Below, in pieces: positions 1 through 8,099 of a DNA stretch of 10,979 bases. The DNA is taken from UHGV virus genome UHGV-1780201; one strand, 5' to 3'. The translations under genes were made by a program, and so were the position numbers. This DNA is from a virus. Position 1 is the first letter of the stretch. The number at the start of each line of letters is the position of its first letter. The notes under the pieces were generated by a model that was not told the origin of the DNA, did not search any database, and worked only from the letters and a program-made list of their open reading frames with translations.

Positions 1-828
1 CACGCCTGTAATCTCATTCAGGTACTGACATTTCATATATAAATCAGATGACTTTTGTGCATCAGTCTGTGATAATCCCGCAACATTACGCATCTTTGTA
101 TAGAGAAACAGATTTTTAAAGTTGTTGCGGCCTTTCGACTTGACCATGTTTTCGCGAAGCATTTCGATATCGTTGCGATCCTGCACGGCATCGGTGACGT
201 ACATGATGTATCCGGCATGCGCGCCGTTTTCGTAATACTTGCGGCGGAACAGCGTGGCCGACTCATTCAGCCAGGCAGAGTTAAGGGCGCTGAGATATTC
301 CGGCAGGCCGTACAGCTCCTGATTAATATCCGGCTCCAGCAGGTGAAACACGGAACCGTGCGTGAAGTCTGTCTGTTCGTTGAAGGACGGCACCCCTCAG
401 TAAACATCCTCCTCCACGCCACGGCGGGTATATTTTGCCGGTGAGGTTTCCAGTCTGATGACCTTACCGGTGGTGCTGTAACGCTTTTCCAGAAACGCAT
501 TACCGAACACCAGAAAATCCAGCACAAAGCGGCTGAAATCCTGTTGCGAAAGCCACGGGTGCGGAATAAACGTTGAAGCCAGAATATTACGTTTGACGTA
601 AATCGGTGAGCTGTGATGTACGGCAGCACGCAGGCTTTTTGCCAGACCGGTAAAGCTGACCGGTGGCTCATACCATCTGCCGTTACTGATGCACTCGACG
701 TAATCCAGAATGTCACGGCGGTCGAGTACCGGCACCGGTTCACCAAAGGTGAATGCTTCCATTTTCGGGGCGCTGGCGGTGATTGTTTTTGCCGCAGGTT
801 GCGGTGTTTTCCCTTTTTTCTTGCTCAT
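1..828 (-). pseudogene. Q: Portal protein gpQ (P2-like), 3' end beyond window; interrupted by an in-frame TGA at 397-399
   Basis: ATG at 826-828 (minus) opens a 143-codon ORF (MSKKKGKTPQPAAK...RRGVEEDVY) ending at TGA 397-399. The same frame continues with no further stop for 132 codons to position 1 (GVPSFNEQTDFTHGSVFHLLEPDINQELYGLPEYLSALNSAWLNESATLFRRKYYENGAHAGYIMYVTD...). Position immediately downstream of P and the overlapping ATGA junction with the P stop match the P2 P-Q arrangement. Identity is from recollection of P2 gpQ, not a search. Confidence 0.75.
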
Positions 829-2600
829 CAGTAAAACTCCAGAATGGTGGATGTCAGCGGGGTGCTGATACCGGCGGTGAGTGGCTCATTTAACAGGGCG
901 TGCATGGTTGCCCAGGCGAGGTCGGCGTGGCTGGCTTCCTCGCTGCGGCTGGCCTCATAGGTGGCGCTGCGTCCGCTGCTGGTCATGGTCTTGCGGATAG
1001 CCATAAACGAGCTGGTGATGTCGGTGGCGCTGACGTCATATTCCAGACAGCCACGGCGGATAACGTCTTTTGCCTTGAGCACCATTGCGGTTTTCATTTC
1101 CGGCGTGTAGCGGATATCGCGCGCGGCGGGATAGAACGAGCGCACGAGCTGGAACACGCCGACACCGAGGCCGGTGGCATCAATACCGATGTATTCGACG
1201 TTGTATTTTTCGGTGAGTTTGCGGATGGATTCCGCCTGAGTGGCAAAGTCCATGCCTTTCCACTGGTGACGCTCAAGTATTCTGAATTTGCCACCGGCCA
1301 CCACCGGCGGTGCCAGCACCACGCATCCGGCGCTGTCGCCACGGTGTGACGGGTCGTAACCAATCCATACCGGGCGGGAGCCGAACGGATTCGCGGCAAA
1401 CGGCGCATAGTCTTCCCATTCTTCCAGCGTGTCGACCATGCAGCGTTGCAGCTCCTCGAACGGGAACACCGACGCCTTGTCGTCAACAAATTCACACATG
1501 AACAGGTTTTTAAAATCGTCGGCGCTGTTTTCACGTTTGAGCTGCTCAATGTCGAACAGCGTGCAGCCGCCTTTCAGCGCGTCCTCAATGGTGACAATCT
1601 GCCGCCACTGGCCGTCCGCACAGAGAAGACCTCCGGCAAGGGCGTTATGACTGACGTCGATTTCCACGCGTTCGGCGGCGCTGGCGCGCCCCCGGTTGAA
1701 CAGTTCACCCGACCAGAACGGGTAGGCGTCGTGCGCCAGCGTGGACGGGGTGGAGAAATAGGTCGAGCGCAGGTGACTCTGTGAGGCCATACCTGATGCC
1801 ACCTTACGCAGTACCTGAAAATTCGGGATCCAGAAAATCTCGTCGACGTACAGGTCACCGTTATGGCTCTGTGCGGTGTTGGAGTTGGTGCCGAGAAAAA
1901 TCAGTTTTGCGCCATTATTGCCCAGGACGATCGGGTCACCGGACAGGTCAACGTCAACCAGCCGGGCAAAGGCGATGATGTATTCGCGGAACACATACGC
2001 CTGCGTTTTACTGGCCGACAGAAAAATCTGGTTATGGCCGGTTTTCAGGGCGCGCAGCAGCGCCTCGCGGGAAAAATAAAACGTCGCGCCAATCTGGCGG
2101 GATTTCAGGATATCGCGGATGCGGTGCTCAAGCCCGGCGCGATACCAGTGCAACTGATAGTCGAAAGACTGCTCAAAGAAAATCTGCTCCAGCTTTTCGA
2201 TGGCCTCGTCACTGAAAAAATTCTTTTTCGGTTTGCGCCGCCCGCCTTTGTTGCGGTTAGCGACGTTCGGATTAAGGTCTGCCTCGTTGCCGGTCTGACT
2301 GTAACGGTTTACCCGTGCCAGTCGTTCAATCTGGCGTCCCAGCAGGTCAATTTCCTTGAAGTCACCACCGGTTTTCTGCGGTTTGATGATGAGCTGGGTC
2401 AGTCGCGCTTCCAGACTCATTTCGACACGGCTGATGGGGGCAACGCTGTCCCAGCCGTCGCGCTGTTTCCAGCTCTGCACCGTCGGGCGTTTCATCTGCA
2501 ACATGGCGGCAATCTGCGGCACGGAAAACCCCTGCCAGTACAGCAGCGCCGCCTGACGACGCGGGTCGTGTCAAAGAGTGGTGTCTGTGGTGATGGTCAT
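828..2600 (-). CDS. P: Terminase large (ATPase) subunit gpP (P2-like); native ATG at 2598-2600 is followed by an in-frame TGA at codon 10 (2571-2573), then an intact 564-codon ORF (828-2522)
   Basis: The 564-aa ORF 828-2522 (minus) matches my recollection of P2 gpP. Extending the frame upstream gives MTITTDTTL*HDPRRQAALLYWQGFSV, with the ATG at 2598-2600 preceded by a GAGG Shine-Dalgarno (+ strand CCTC at 2606-2609). 26 + 564 = 590 codons, the length I recall for P2 gpP. May be functionally a pseudogene unless internal initiation or readthrough occurs. Confidence 0.8.
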
Positions 2601-2773
2601 GAATACCTCGCCGTGATGAATACACGGCAAGGCTACTGAGTCGCGCCCCGCGATTCGCTAAGGTGCTGTTGTGTCAGTGATAAGCCATCCGGGACTGATG
2701 GCGGAGGATGCGTATCGTCGGGAAACTGATGCCGACATGTGACTCCTCTAATCACTATTCAGGACTCCTGACA
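2601..2773. promoter_or_regulatory. Divergent late promoter region (P_P leftward, P_O rightward), presumed Ogr-activated
   Basis: 173-bp non-coding gap between divergently transcribed P and O. In P2 this interval holds the two divergent Ogr-dependent late promoters (established knowledge). I could not find a clean TGT-N12-ACA element, so exact promoter positions are not assigned. Confidence 0.4.
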
Positions 2774-3628
2774 ATGGCAAAAAAAGTCTCAAAATTCTTT
2801 CGTATCGGCGTTGAGGGTGACACCTGTGACGGACGTGTCATCAGTGCGCAGGATATTCAGGAAATGGCCGAAACCTTTGACCCGCGAGTCTATGGTTGCC
2901 GCATTAACCTGGAACATCTGCGCGGCATCCTGCCTGACGGTATTTTTAACAGTTATGGCGATGTGGCCGAACTGAAGGCCGAAAAGATTGACGATGATTC
3001 GGCGCTGAAAGGCAAATGGGCGCTGTTTGCGAAAATCACCCCAACCGATGACCTTATCGCGATGAACAAGGCCGCGCAGAAGGTCTATACCTCAATGGAA
3101 ATTCAGCCGAACTTTGCCAATACCGGCAAATGTTATCTGGTGGGTCTGGCCGTCACCGATGACCCGGCAAGCCTCGGCACGGAATACCTGGAATTCTGCC
3201 GCACGGCAAAACACAACCCCCTGAACCGCTTCAAATTAAGCCCTGAAAACCTGATTTCAGTGGCAACGCCCGTTGAGCTGGAATTTGAAGACCTGCCTGA
3301 AACCGTGTTCACCGCCCTGACCGAAAAGGTGAAATCCATTTTTGGCCGTAAACAGGCCAGCGATGACGCCCGTCTGAATGACGTGCATGAAGCGGTGACC
3401 GCTGTTGCTGAACATGTGCAGGAAAAACTGAGCGCCACTGAGCAGCGCATCGCAGAAATGGAAACCGCCTTTTCCGCACTTAAGCAGGATATGACTGACA
3501 GGGCGGATGAAACCAGCCAGGCATTCACCCGCCTGAAAAACAGTCTCGACCACACCGAAAGTCTGACCCAGCAGCGCCGCAGCAAGGCCACCGGCGGTGG
3601 CGGTGACGCCCTGATGACGAACTGCTGA
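2774..3628 (+). CDS. O: Capsid scaffolding protein gpO
   Basis: 284-aa ORF starting MAKKVSKFFRIGVEGDTCDG, with AGGA Shine-Dalgarno 9 nt upstream (2761-2764). The ORF-track start at 2708 is rejected as an upstream extension. Length and sequence match recollection of P2 gpO; first gene of the rightward operon. Confidence 0.9.
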   Translation: MAKKVSKFFRIGVEGDTCDGRVISAQDIQEMAETFDPRVYGCRINLEHLRGILPDGIFNSYGDVAELKAEKIDDDSALKGKWALFAKITPTDDLIAMNKAAQKVYTSMEIQPNFANTGKCYLVGLAVTDDPASLGTEYLEFCRTAKHNPLNRFKLSPENLISVATPVELEFEDLPETVFTALTEKVKSIFGRKQASDDARLNDVHEAVTAVAEHVQEKLSATEQRIAEMETAFSALKQDMTDRADETSQAFTRLKNSLDHTESLTQQRRSKATGGGGDALMTNC

Positions 3629-3686
3629 CCGGCGTCAGTCAGTCCGGGAAAACCTTCACGATTAACCCTTAATTTCAGGAAAAACT

Positions 3687-4760
3687 ATGCGCCAGGAAAC
3701 CCGCTTTAAATTTAATGCCTACCTGTCCCGTGTTGCCGAACTGAACGGCATCGACGCCGGTGATGTGTCGAAAAAATTCACCGTTGAACCGTCGGTCACC
3801 CAGACCCTGATGAACACCATGCAGGAGTCCTCTGACTTTCTGACCCGCATCAACATTGTGCCGGTCAGCGAAATGAAAGGGGAAAAAATTGGTATCGGTG
3901 TCACCGGCTCCATCGCCAGCACCACCGACACCGCCGGTGGCACCGAGCGTCAGCCGAAGGACTTCTCGAAGCTGGCGTCTAACAAGTACGAATGCGACCA
4001 GATTAACTTCGATTTTTATATCCGCTACAAAACGCTGGACCTGTGGGCGCGTTATCAGGATTTCCAGCTCCGTGTCCGTAACGCCATTATCAAACGCCAG
4101 TCCCTTGATTTCATCATGGCCGGTTTTAACGGCGTGAGGCGTGCCGAAACCTCTGACCGCAGCAGCAATCCGATGCTGCAGGATGTGGCGGTCGGCTGGC
4201 TGCAGAAATACCGCAATGAAGCCCCGGCGCGCGTGATGAGCAAGGTCACTGACGAGGAAGGTCACACCACCTCTGAGGTCATCCGCGTGGGTAAGGGCGG
4301 TGATTATGCCAGCCTTGATGCACTGGTGATGGATGCGACCAACAACCTGATTGAGCCGTGGTATCAGGAAGACCCTGACCTTGTGGTGATTGTGGGGCGT
4401 CAGTTACTGGCGGACAAGTATTTCCCCATCGTTAACAAGGAGCAGGACAACAGCGAAATGCTGGCCGCTGACGTCATCATCAGCCAGAAACGCATCGGTA
4501 ACCTGCCGGCGGTACGCGTCCCGTACTTCCCGGCGGATGCGATGCTCATCACGAAGCTGGAAAACCTGTCCATCTACTACATGGATGACAGCCATCGCCG
4601 CGTGATTGTGGAAAACCCGAAACTCGACCGCGTGGAGAACTACGAGTCAATGAACATTGATTACGTAGTGGAAGACTACGCCGCCGGTTGTCTGGTGGAA
4701 AAAATTAAGGTCGGTGATTTCTCCACACTGGCTAAAGCGACCGCAGAGCCGGGAGCGTAA
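3687..4760 (+). CDS. N: Major capsid protein gpN
   Basis: 357-aa ORF (MRQETRFKFNAYLSRVAELNGID...), AGGA Shine-Dalgarno upstream. Length and position after O match P2 gpN. Confidence 0.9.
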   Translation: MRQETRFKFNAYLSRVAELNGIDAGDVSKKFTVEPSVTQTLMNTMQESSDFLTRINIVPVSEMKGEKIGIGVTGSIASTTDTAGGTERQPKDFSKLASNKYECDQINFDFYIRYKTLDLWARYQDFQLRVRNAIIKRQSLDFIMAGFNGVRRAETSDRSSNPMLQDVAVGWLQKYRNEAPARVMSKVTDEEGHTTSEVIRVGKGGDYASLDALVMDATNNLIEPWYQEDPDLVVIVGRQLLADKYFPIVNKEQDNSEMLAADVIISQKRIGNLPAVRVPYFPADAMLITKLENLSIYYMDDSHRRVIVENPKLDRVENYESMNIDYVVEDYAAGCLVEKIKVGDFSTLAKATAEPGA

Positions 4761-4763
4761 CCG

Positions 4764-5507
4764 ATGACGAGTCCCGCACAGCGCCACATGATGCGGGTCT
4801 CGGCAGCGATGACCGCGCAGCGGGAAGCCGCCCCGCTGCGACATGCAACTGTCTATGAGCAGATGCTGGTTAAGCTCGCCGCAGACCAGCGCACACTGAA
4901 AGCGATTTATTCAAAAGAGCTGAAGGCCGCGAAAAAGCGCGAACTGCTGCCGTTCTGGTTGCCGTGGGTGAACGGCGTGCTGGAGCAGGGCAAAGGTGCA
5001 CAGGATGACATTCTGATGACGGTCATGCTGTGGCGTCTGGATACCGGCGATATTGCCGGTGCGCTGGAGATTGCCCGTTATGCCCTGAAGTACGGTCTGA
5101 CCATGCCGGGAAAACACCGCCGCACCCCGCCGTACATGTTCACCGAGGAGGTCGCGCTTGCGGCCATGCGTGCCCACGCTGCCGGTGAGTCTGTGGATAC
5201 CCGCCTGCTGACGGACACCCTTGAACTGACCGCCACGGCTGACATGCCTGATGAAGTGCGCGCAAAGCTGCACAAAATCACCGGTCTGTTTCTGCGTGAC
5301 GCTGGTGATGCCGCCGGTGCGCTGGCTCACCTGCAACGTGCGACACAGCTCGACTGTCAGGCAGGCGTCAAAAAAGAGATTGAACGACTGGAGCGGGAGC
5401 TGAAACCGAAGCCGGAGCCGCAGCCAAAAGCGGCCACCCGTACCCCGCGTAAGACCCGGAGCGTGACACCGGCAAAACGTGGACGCCCGAAAAAGAAAGC
5501 CAGTTAA
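4764..5507 (+). CDS. M: Terminase small (endonuclease) subunit gpM
   Basis: 247-aa ORF directly after N with a basic Lys/Arg/Pro-rich C-terminus (KPKPEPQPKAATRTPRKTRSVTPAKRGRPKKKAS). Length and synteny match P2 gpM. Confidence 0.85.
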   Translation: MTSPAQRHMMRVSAAMTAQREAAPLRHATVYEQMLVKLAADQRTLKAIYSKELKAAKKRELLPFWLPWVNGVLEQGKGAQDDILMTVMLWRLDTGDIAGALEIARYALKYGLTMPGKHRRTPPYMFTEEVALAAMRAHAAGESVDTRLLTDTLELTATADMPDEVRAKLHKITGLFLRDAGDAAGALAHLQRATQLDCQAGVKKEIERLERELKPKPEPQPKAATRTPRKTRSVTPAKRGRPKKKAS

Positions 5508-5606
5508 CAACCGAATGCGCCCCGCGCCAGGGCGGCACGCCGGTCAGTGAGGGTGAATCACCTGACACTGCACCGGCGTCCACCGCCCGACTTTTCAGAG
5601 GTAGTC

Positions 5607-6116
5607 ATGATGACGCTGATTATTCCGCGAAAGGAGGCTCCCGTGTCCGGTGAGGGTACGGTGGTCATCCCGCAACCGGCAGGCGACGAGCCGGTGATTA
5701 AAAATACGTTCTTTTTTCCCGATATCGACCCGAAGCGCGTCCGGGAACGTATGCGCCTTGAGCAGACTGTCGCCCCCGCCCGTCTGCGTGAGGCCATCAA
5801 GTCAGGCATGGCGGAGACGAATGCGGAGCTGTACGAGTACCGCGAACAGAAAATTGCCGCCGGTTTTACGCGTCTGGCGGACGTTCCGGCGGACGACATC
5901 GACGGTGAAAGCATCAAAGTTTTTTACTACGAGCGCGCCGTGTGTGCGATGGCGACCGCGTCGCTTTATGAGCGTTATCGCGGCGTGGATGCCAGTGCGA
6001 AAGGCGACAAGAAGGCCGACAGCATTGACAGCACCATTGATGAGCTGTGGCGGGATATGCGCTGGGCGGTGGCGCGCATCCAGGACAAGCCGCGCTGCAT
6101 CGTGAGTCAAATCTGA
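5607..6116 (+). CDS. L: Head completion/stabilization protein gpL
   Basis: 169-aa ORF from ATG 5607 (MMTLIIPRKEAPVSGEG...), GAGG Shine-Dalgarno at 5597-5600. The upstream in-frame ATG at 5547 in the ORF track is rejected because it lacks an RBS and exceeds the P2 gpL length. Confidence 0.85.
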   Translation: MMTLIIPRKEAPVSGEGTVVIPQPAGDEPVIKNTFFFPDIDPKRVRERMRLEQTVAPARLREAIKSGMAETNAELYEYREQKIAAGFTRLADVPADDIDGESIKVFYYERAVCAMATASLYERYRGVDASAKGDKKADSIDSTIDELWRDMRWAVARIQDKPRCIVSQI

Positions 6117-6319
6117 TGAAGACCTTTGCGCTACAGGGCGACACGCTCGACGCCATTTGTGTCCGGTATTACGGGCGCACTGAGGGCGTGGTTGAGACCG
6201 TGCTCGCCGCAAATCCGGGACTGGCTGAACTGGGTGCGGTGCTGCCACACGGCACCGCCGTCGAACTGCCCGACGTTCAGACCGCGCCCGTGGCTGAAAC
6301 TGTCAATCTGTGGGAGTAA
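6116..6319 (+). CDS. X: Tail protein gpX
   Basis: 67-aa ORF (MKTFALQGDTLDAICVRYYGRTEGVVETVLAANPGLAELG...). Its ATG overlaps the L stop (TGATG at 6114-6118). Size and position match P2 gpX. Confidence 0.8.
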   Translation: MKTFALQGDTLDAICVRYYGRTEGVVETVLAANPGLAELGAVLPHGTAVELPDVQTAPVAETVNLWE

Positions 6320-6322
6320 CGC

Positions 6323-6604
6323 ATGACAGCAGAAGAAAAAAGCGTCCTGTCGCTTTTCATGATTGGGGTGCTGATTGTTGTCGGCAAGGTGCTTGCCGGT
6401 GGTGAACCCATCACCGCGGGTCTGTTTATCGGGCGGATGTTGGTCGGTGGTTTTGTCTGGATGGTTGCCGGTGTTGTTCTGGTGCAGTTTCCTGACCTGT
6501 CACTGCCTGCGGTGTGCGGCATCGGCTCCATGCTGGGTATCGCCGGTTATCAGGTGATTGAGATTGCCATTCAGCGCCGCTTTAAGGGCAGGGGGAAACC
6601 GTAA
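6323..6604 (+). CDS. Y: Holin gpY
   Basis: 93-aa ORF with hydrophobic segments (LSLFMIGVLIVVGKVLAGG, GGFVWMVAGVVLVQF, CGIGSMLGIAGYQVI) and a charged C-terminus (RRFKGRGKP), typical of a holin. Lies immediately upstream of the endolysin, as in P2. Confidence 0.8.
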   Translation: MTAEEKSVLSLFMIGVLIVVGKVLAGGEPITAGLFIGRMLVGGFVWMVAGVVLVQFPDLSLPAVCGIGSMLGIAGYQVIEIAIQRRFKGRGKP

Positions 6605-7101
6605 TGCCGGTAATTAACACACATCAGAATATCGCCGCCTTTCTCGACATGCTGGCCGTGTCCGAAGGGACGGCGAATCATCCGCTGACGAAAAACCGGG
6701 GCTATGACGTGATAGTCACCGGACTGGACGGGAAGCCGGAAATTTTCACCGACTACAGTGACCACCCGTTCGCGCATGGCCGACCGGCGAAGGTGTTTAA
6801 CCGTCGCGGTGAAAAGTCCACGGCATCCGGTCGCTATCAGCAGCTTTACCTGTTCTGGCCGCACTACCGCAAACAGCTTGCCCTGCCGGATTTCAGTCCG
6901 TTGTCACAGGACAGACTCGCCATTCAGTTGATCCGCGAACGCGGAGCACTGGATGACATCCGGGCGGGACGCATTGAGCGCGCCATTTCACGCTGTCGCA
7001 ATATCTGGGCGTCCCTGCCGGGTGCCGGTTACGGTCAGCGTGAGCATTCACTGGAAAAACTGGTCACCGTCTGGCGTACCGCTGGCGGCGTACCGGCTTA
7101 A
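6604..7101 (+). CDS. K: Endolysin (lysozyme) gpK
   Basis: 165-aa ORF (MPVINTHQNIAAFLDMLAVSEGTANHPL...). Its start overlaps the Y stop (TAATG at 6602-6606). Length, sequence and position match P2 gpK. Confidence 0.85.
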   Translation: MPVINTHQNIAAFLDMLAVSEGTANHPLTKNRGYDVIVTGLDGKPEIFTDYSDHPFAHGRPAKVFNRRGEKSTASGRYQQLYLFWPHYRKQLALPDFSPLSQDRLAIQLIRERGALDDIRAGRIERAISRCRNIWASLPGAGYGQREHSLEKLVTVWRTAGGVPA

Positions 7102-7115
7102 ACGGAGTAAACACC

Positions 7116-7541
7116 ATGAAGAAATTATCCCTTTCACTGATGCTGCACGTGTCGCTGGCGCTGATGCTGGCACTGTCCCTGATTTACCCGCAGAGCGTGG
7201 CCGTCAGTTTTGTCGCTGCCTGGGCGATTCTGGCGACGGTTATCTGTGTGGTTGCCGGTGGTGTCGGCGTGTATGCCACGGAGTATGTACTGGAACGCTA
7301 CGGACGGGAGCTGCCGCCGGAATCGCTGGCCGTGAAGATTGTCACGTCGCTGTTTTTACAGCCGGTGCCGTGGCGCAGGCGGGCGGCGGCTCTGGTGGTG
7401 ATGGTGGCGACGTTTATCTCGCTGGTCGCTGCCGGGTGGATTTTTACCGCGCTGATTTATCTCGTGGCATCGGTGTTCTTCCGGCTGATACGTACGGCCT
7501 GCCGTCAGCGTTTTGAGGGGCGGGAACCATGTCAAAGCTGA
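7116..7541 (+). CDS. lysA: LysA, membrane protein affecting lysis timing
   Basis: 141-aa ORF, highly hydrophobic with several predicted transmembrane segments (LSLSLMLHVSLALMLALSLIY, AAWAILATVICVVAGGVGVYA, AALVVMVATFISLVAAGWIFTALIYLVASVFF). Position after K matches P2 lysA. Confidence 0.75.
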   Translation: MKKLSLSLMLHVSLALMLALSLIYPQSVAVSFVAAWAILATVICVVAGGVGVYATEYVLERYGRELPPESLAVKIVTSLFLQPVPWRRRAAALVVMVATFISLVAAGWIFTALIYLVASVFFRLIRTACRQRFEGREPCQS

Positions 7542-7954
7542 TGATTGTGATGGTTGTGTTGTTATCGCTGGCGGTGGCGGGTCTGTTTCTGGCGAAGCAT
7601 AAAAACGCCAGCCTGCGCACCTCACTGGACAGGGCAAACAACGTAGCCAGCGAGCAGCAGGCGACCATCACCATGCTGAAAAATCAGCTTCATGTTGCGC
7701 TCACCAGGGCAGACAAAAACGAGCTGGCGCAGGTGGCACTGCGTCAGGAACTGGAGAACGCCGCGAAGCGTGAAGCACAGCGCGAGAAAACCATCACGAG
7801 GTTACTCAATGAAAACGAAGATTTTCGCCGCTGGTACGGTGCTGACCTGCCTGATGCTGTGCGCCGGTTGCACCAGCGCCCGGCCTGCGCAGACGCCAGT
7901 GATTGTCCACAACGCCTGCCCGAAAGTGAGTCTTTGCCCGATGCCGGGCAGTGA
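7529..7954 (+). CDS. lysB: LysB, Rz-like inner-membrane spanin
   Basis: 141-aa ORF with an N-terminal transmembrane anchor (LMIVMVVLLSLAVAGLFLA) followed by a charged, likely coiled-coil region. Overlaps the lysA 3' end by 13 nt. Matches P2 lysB in size and position. Confidence 0.75.
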   Translation: MSKLMIVMVVLLSLAVAGLFLAKHKNASLRTSLDRANNVASEQQATITMLKNQLHVALTRADKNELAQVALRQELENAAKREAQREKTITRLLNENEDFRRWYGADLPDAVRRLHQRPACADASDCPQRLPESESLPDAGQ

Positions 7955-8099
7955 CCCGCAGAAGAACGGCGATTTAAGTGCCGATATCCGGCAGCTTGAG
8001 AACGCGCTGGCACGCTGTGCCAGCCAGGTAAAAATGATTAAACACTGTCAGGACGAAAACGATGCTCAAACCCGACAGCCTGCGCAGGGCGCTGACTGA
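7809..8099 (+). CDS. lysC: LysC, Rz1-like outer-membrane lipoprotein spanin
   Basis: 96-aa ORF in the +1 frame relative to lysB, starting at ATG 7809 (MKTKIFAAGTVLTCLMLCAGC...). It has a lipoprotein signal peptide with lipobox L-C-A-G-C and a Pro-rich mature region. It extends past the lysB stop and overlaps the start of R. The ORF-track start at 7692 is rejected. Confidence 0.7.
   Translation: MKTKIFAAGTVLTCLMLCAGCTSARPAQTPVIVHNACPKVSLCPMPGSDPQKNGDLSADIRQLENALARCASQVKMIKHCQDENDAQTRQPAQGAD

Noticed and set aside
267-746. 159-aa and 77-aa minus-strand ORFs (267-746 and 33-266) in alternative frames within the portal region
   Set aside because: The portal frame (codons phased with 826-828) is continuous across this region apart from the single TGA. 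These are out-of-frame overlaps, not evidence of a frameshift.
397-2573. Alternative genetic code or selenocysteine recoding as the explanation for the two in-frame TGA codons
   Set aside because: All other genes in the window terminate conventionally and several use TGA as a genuine stop (for example P at 828-830, L at 6114-6116, J at 10937-10939). No SECIS-like hairpin is evident immediately downstream of either site. Nonsense mutation or sequencing error is far more likely.
1863-2639. 258-aa plus-strand ORF antisense to terminase gene P
   Set aside because: Lies entirely within the well-supported minus-strand terminase gene. It is a shadow ORF typical of GC-rich coding sequence, with no RBS or recognisable protein features.
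2640-2700. Search for the Ogr-type TGT-N12-ACA late-promoter dyad in the P-O and S-V intergenic regions
   Set aside because: No exact match at a plausible distance from the gene starts. The nearest candidate (TGT 8976-8978 ... ACC 8991-8993) has a mismatch and is too close to the V ATG to sit near -55. Promoter positions therefore remain unassigned.
2708-2773. Upstream in-frame extensions of O (start 2708) and of L (start 5547) in the ORF track
   Set aside because: The downstream ATGs at 2774 and 5607 have properly spaced Shine-Dalgarno sequences and give the lengths I recall for P2 gpO and gpL (284 and 169 aa). The extensions would run into the promoter or intergenic region.
4911-5510. 199-aa minus-strand ORF antisense to gene M
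   Set aside because: Shadow ORF inside the terminase small-subunit gene. Its Arg/Gly-rich low-complexity translation is typical of antisense frames.
6953-7516. 187-aa plus-strand ORF overlapping K and lysA in another frame, and similar antisense ORFs at 3133-3591, 5802-6248 and 8819-9343
   Set aside because: All overlap strongly supported genes and have biased Arg/Ala/Gly-rich translations. No independent support.
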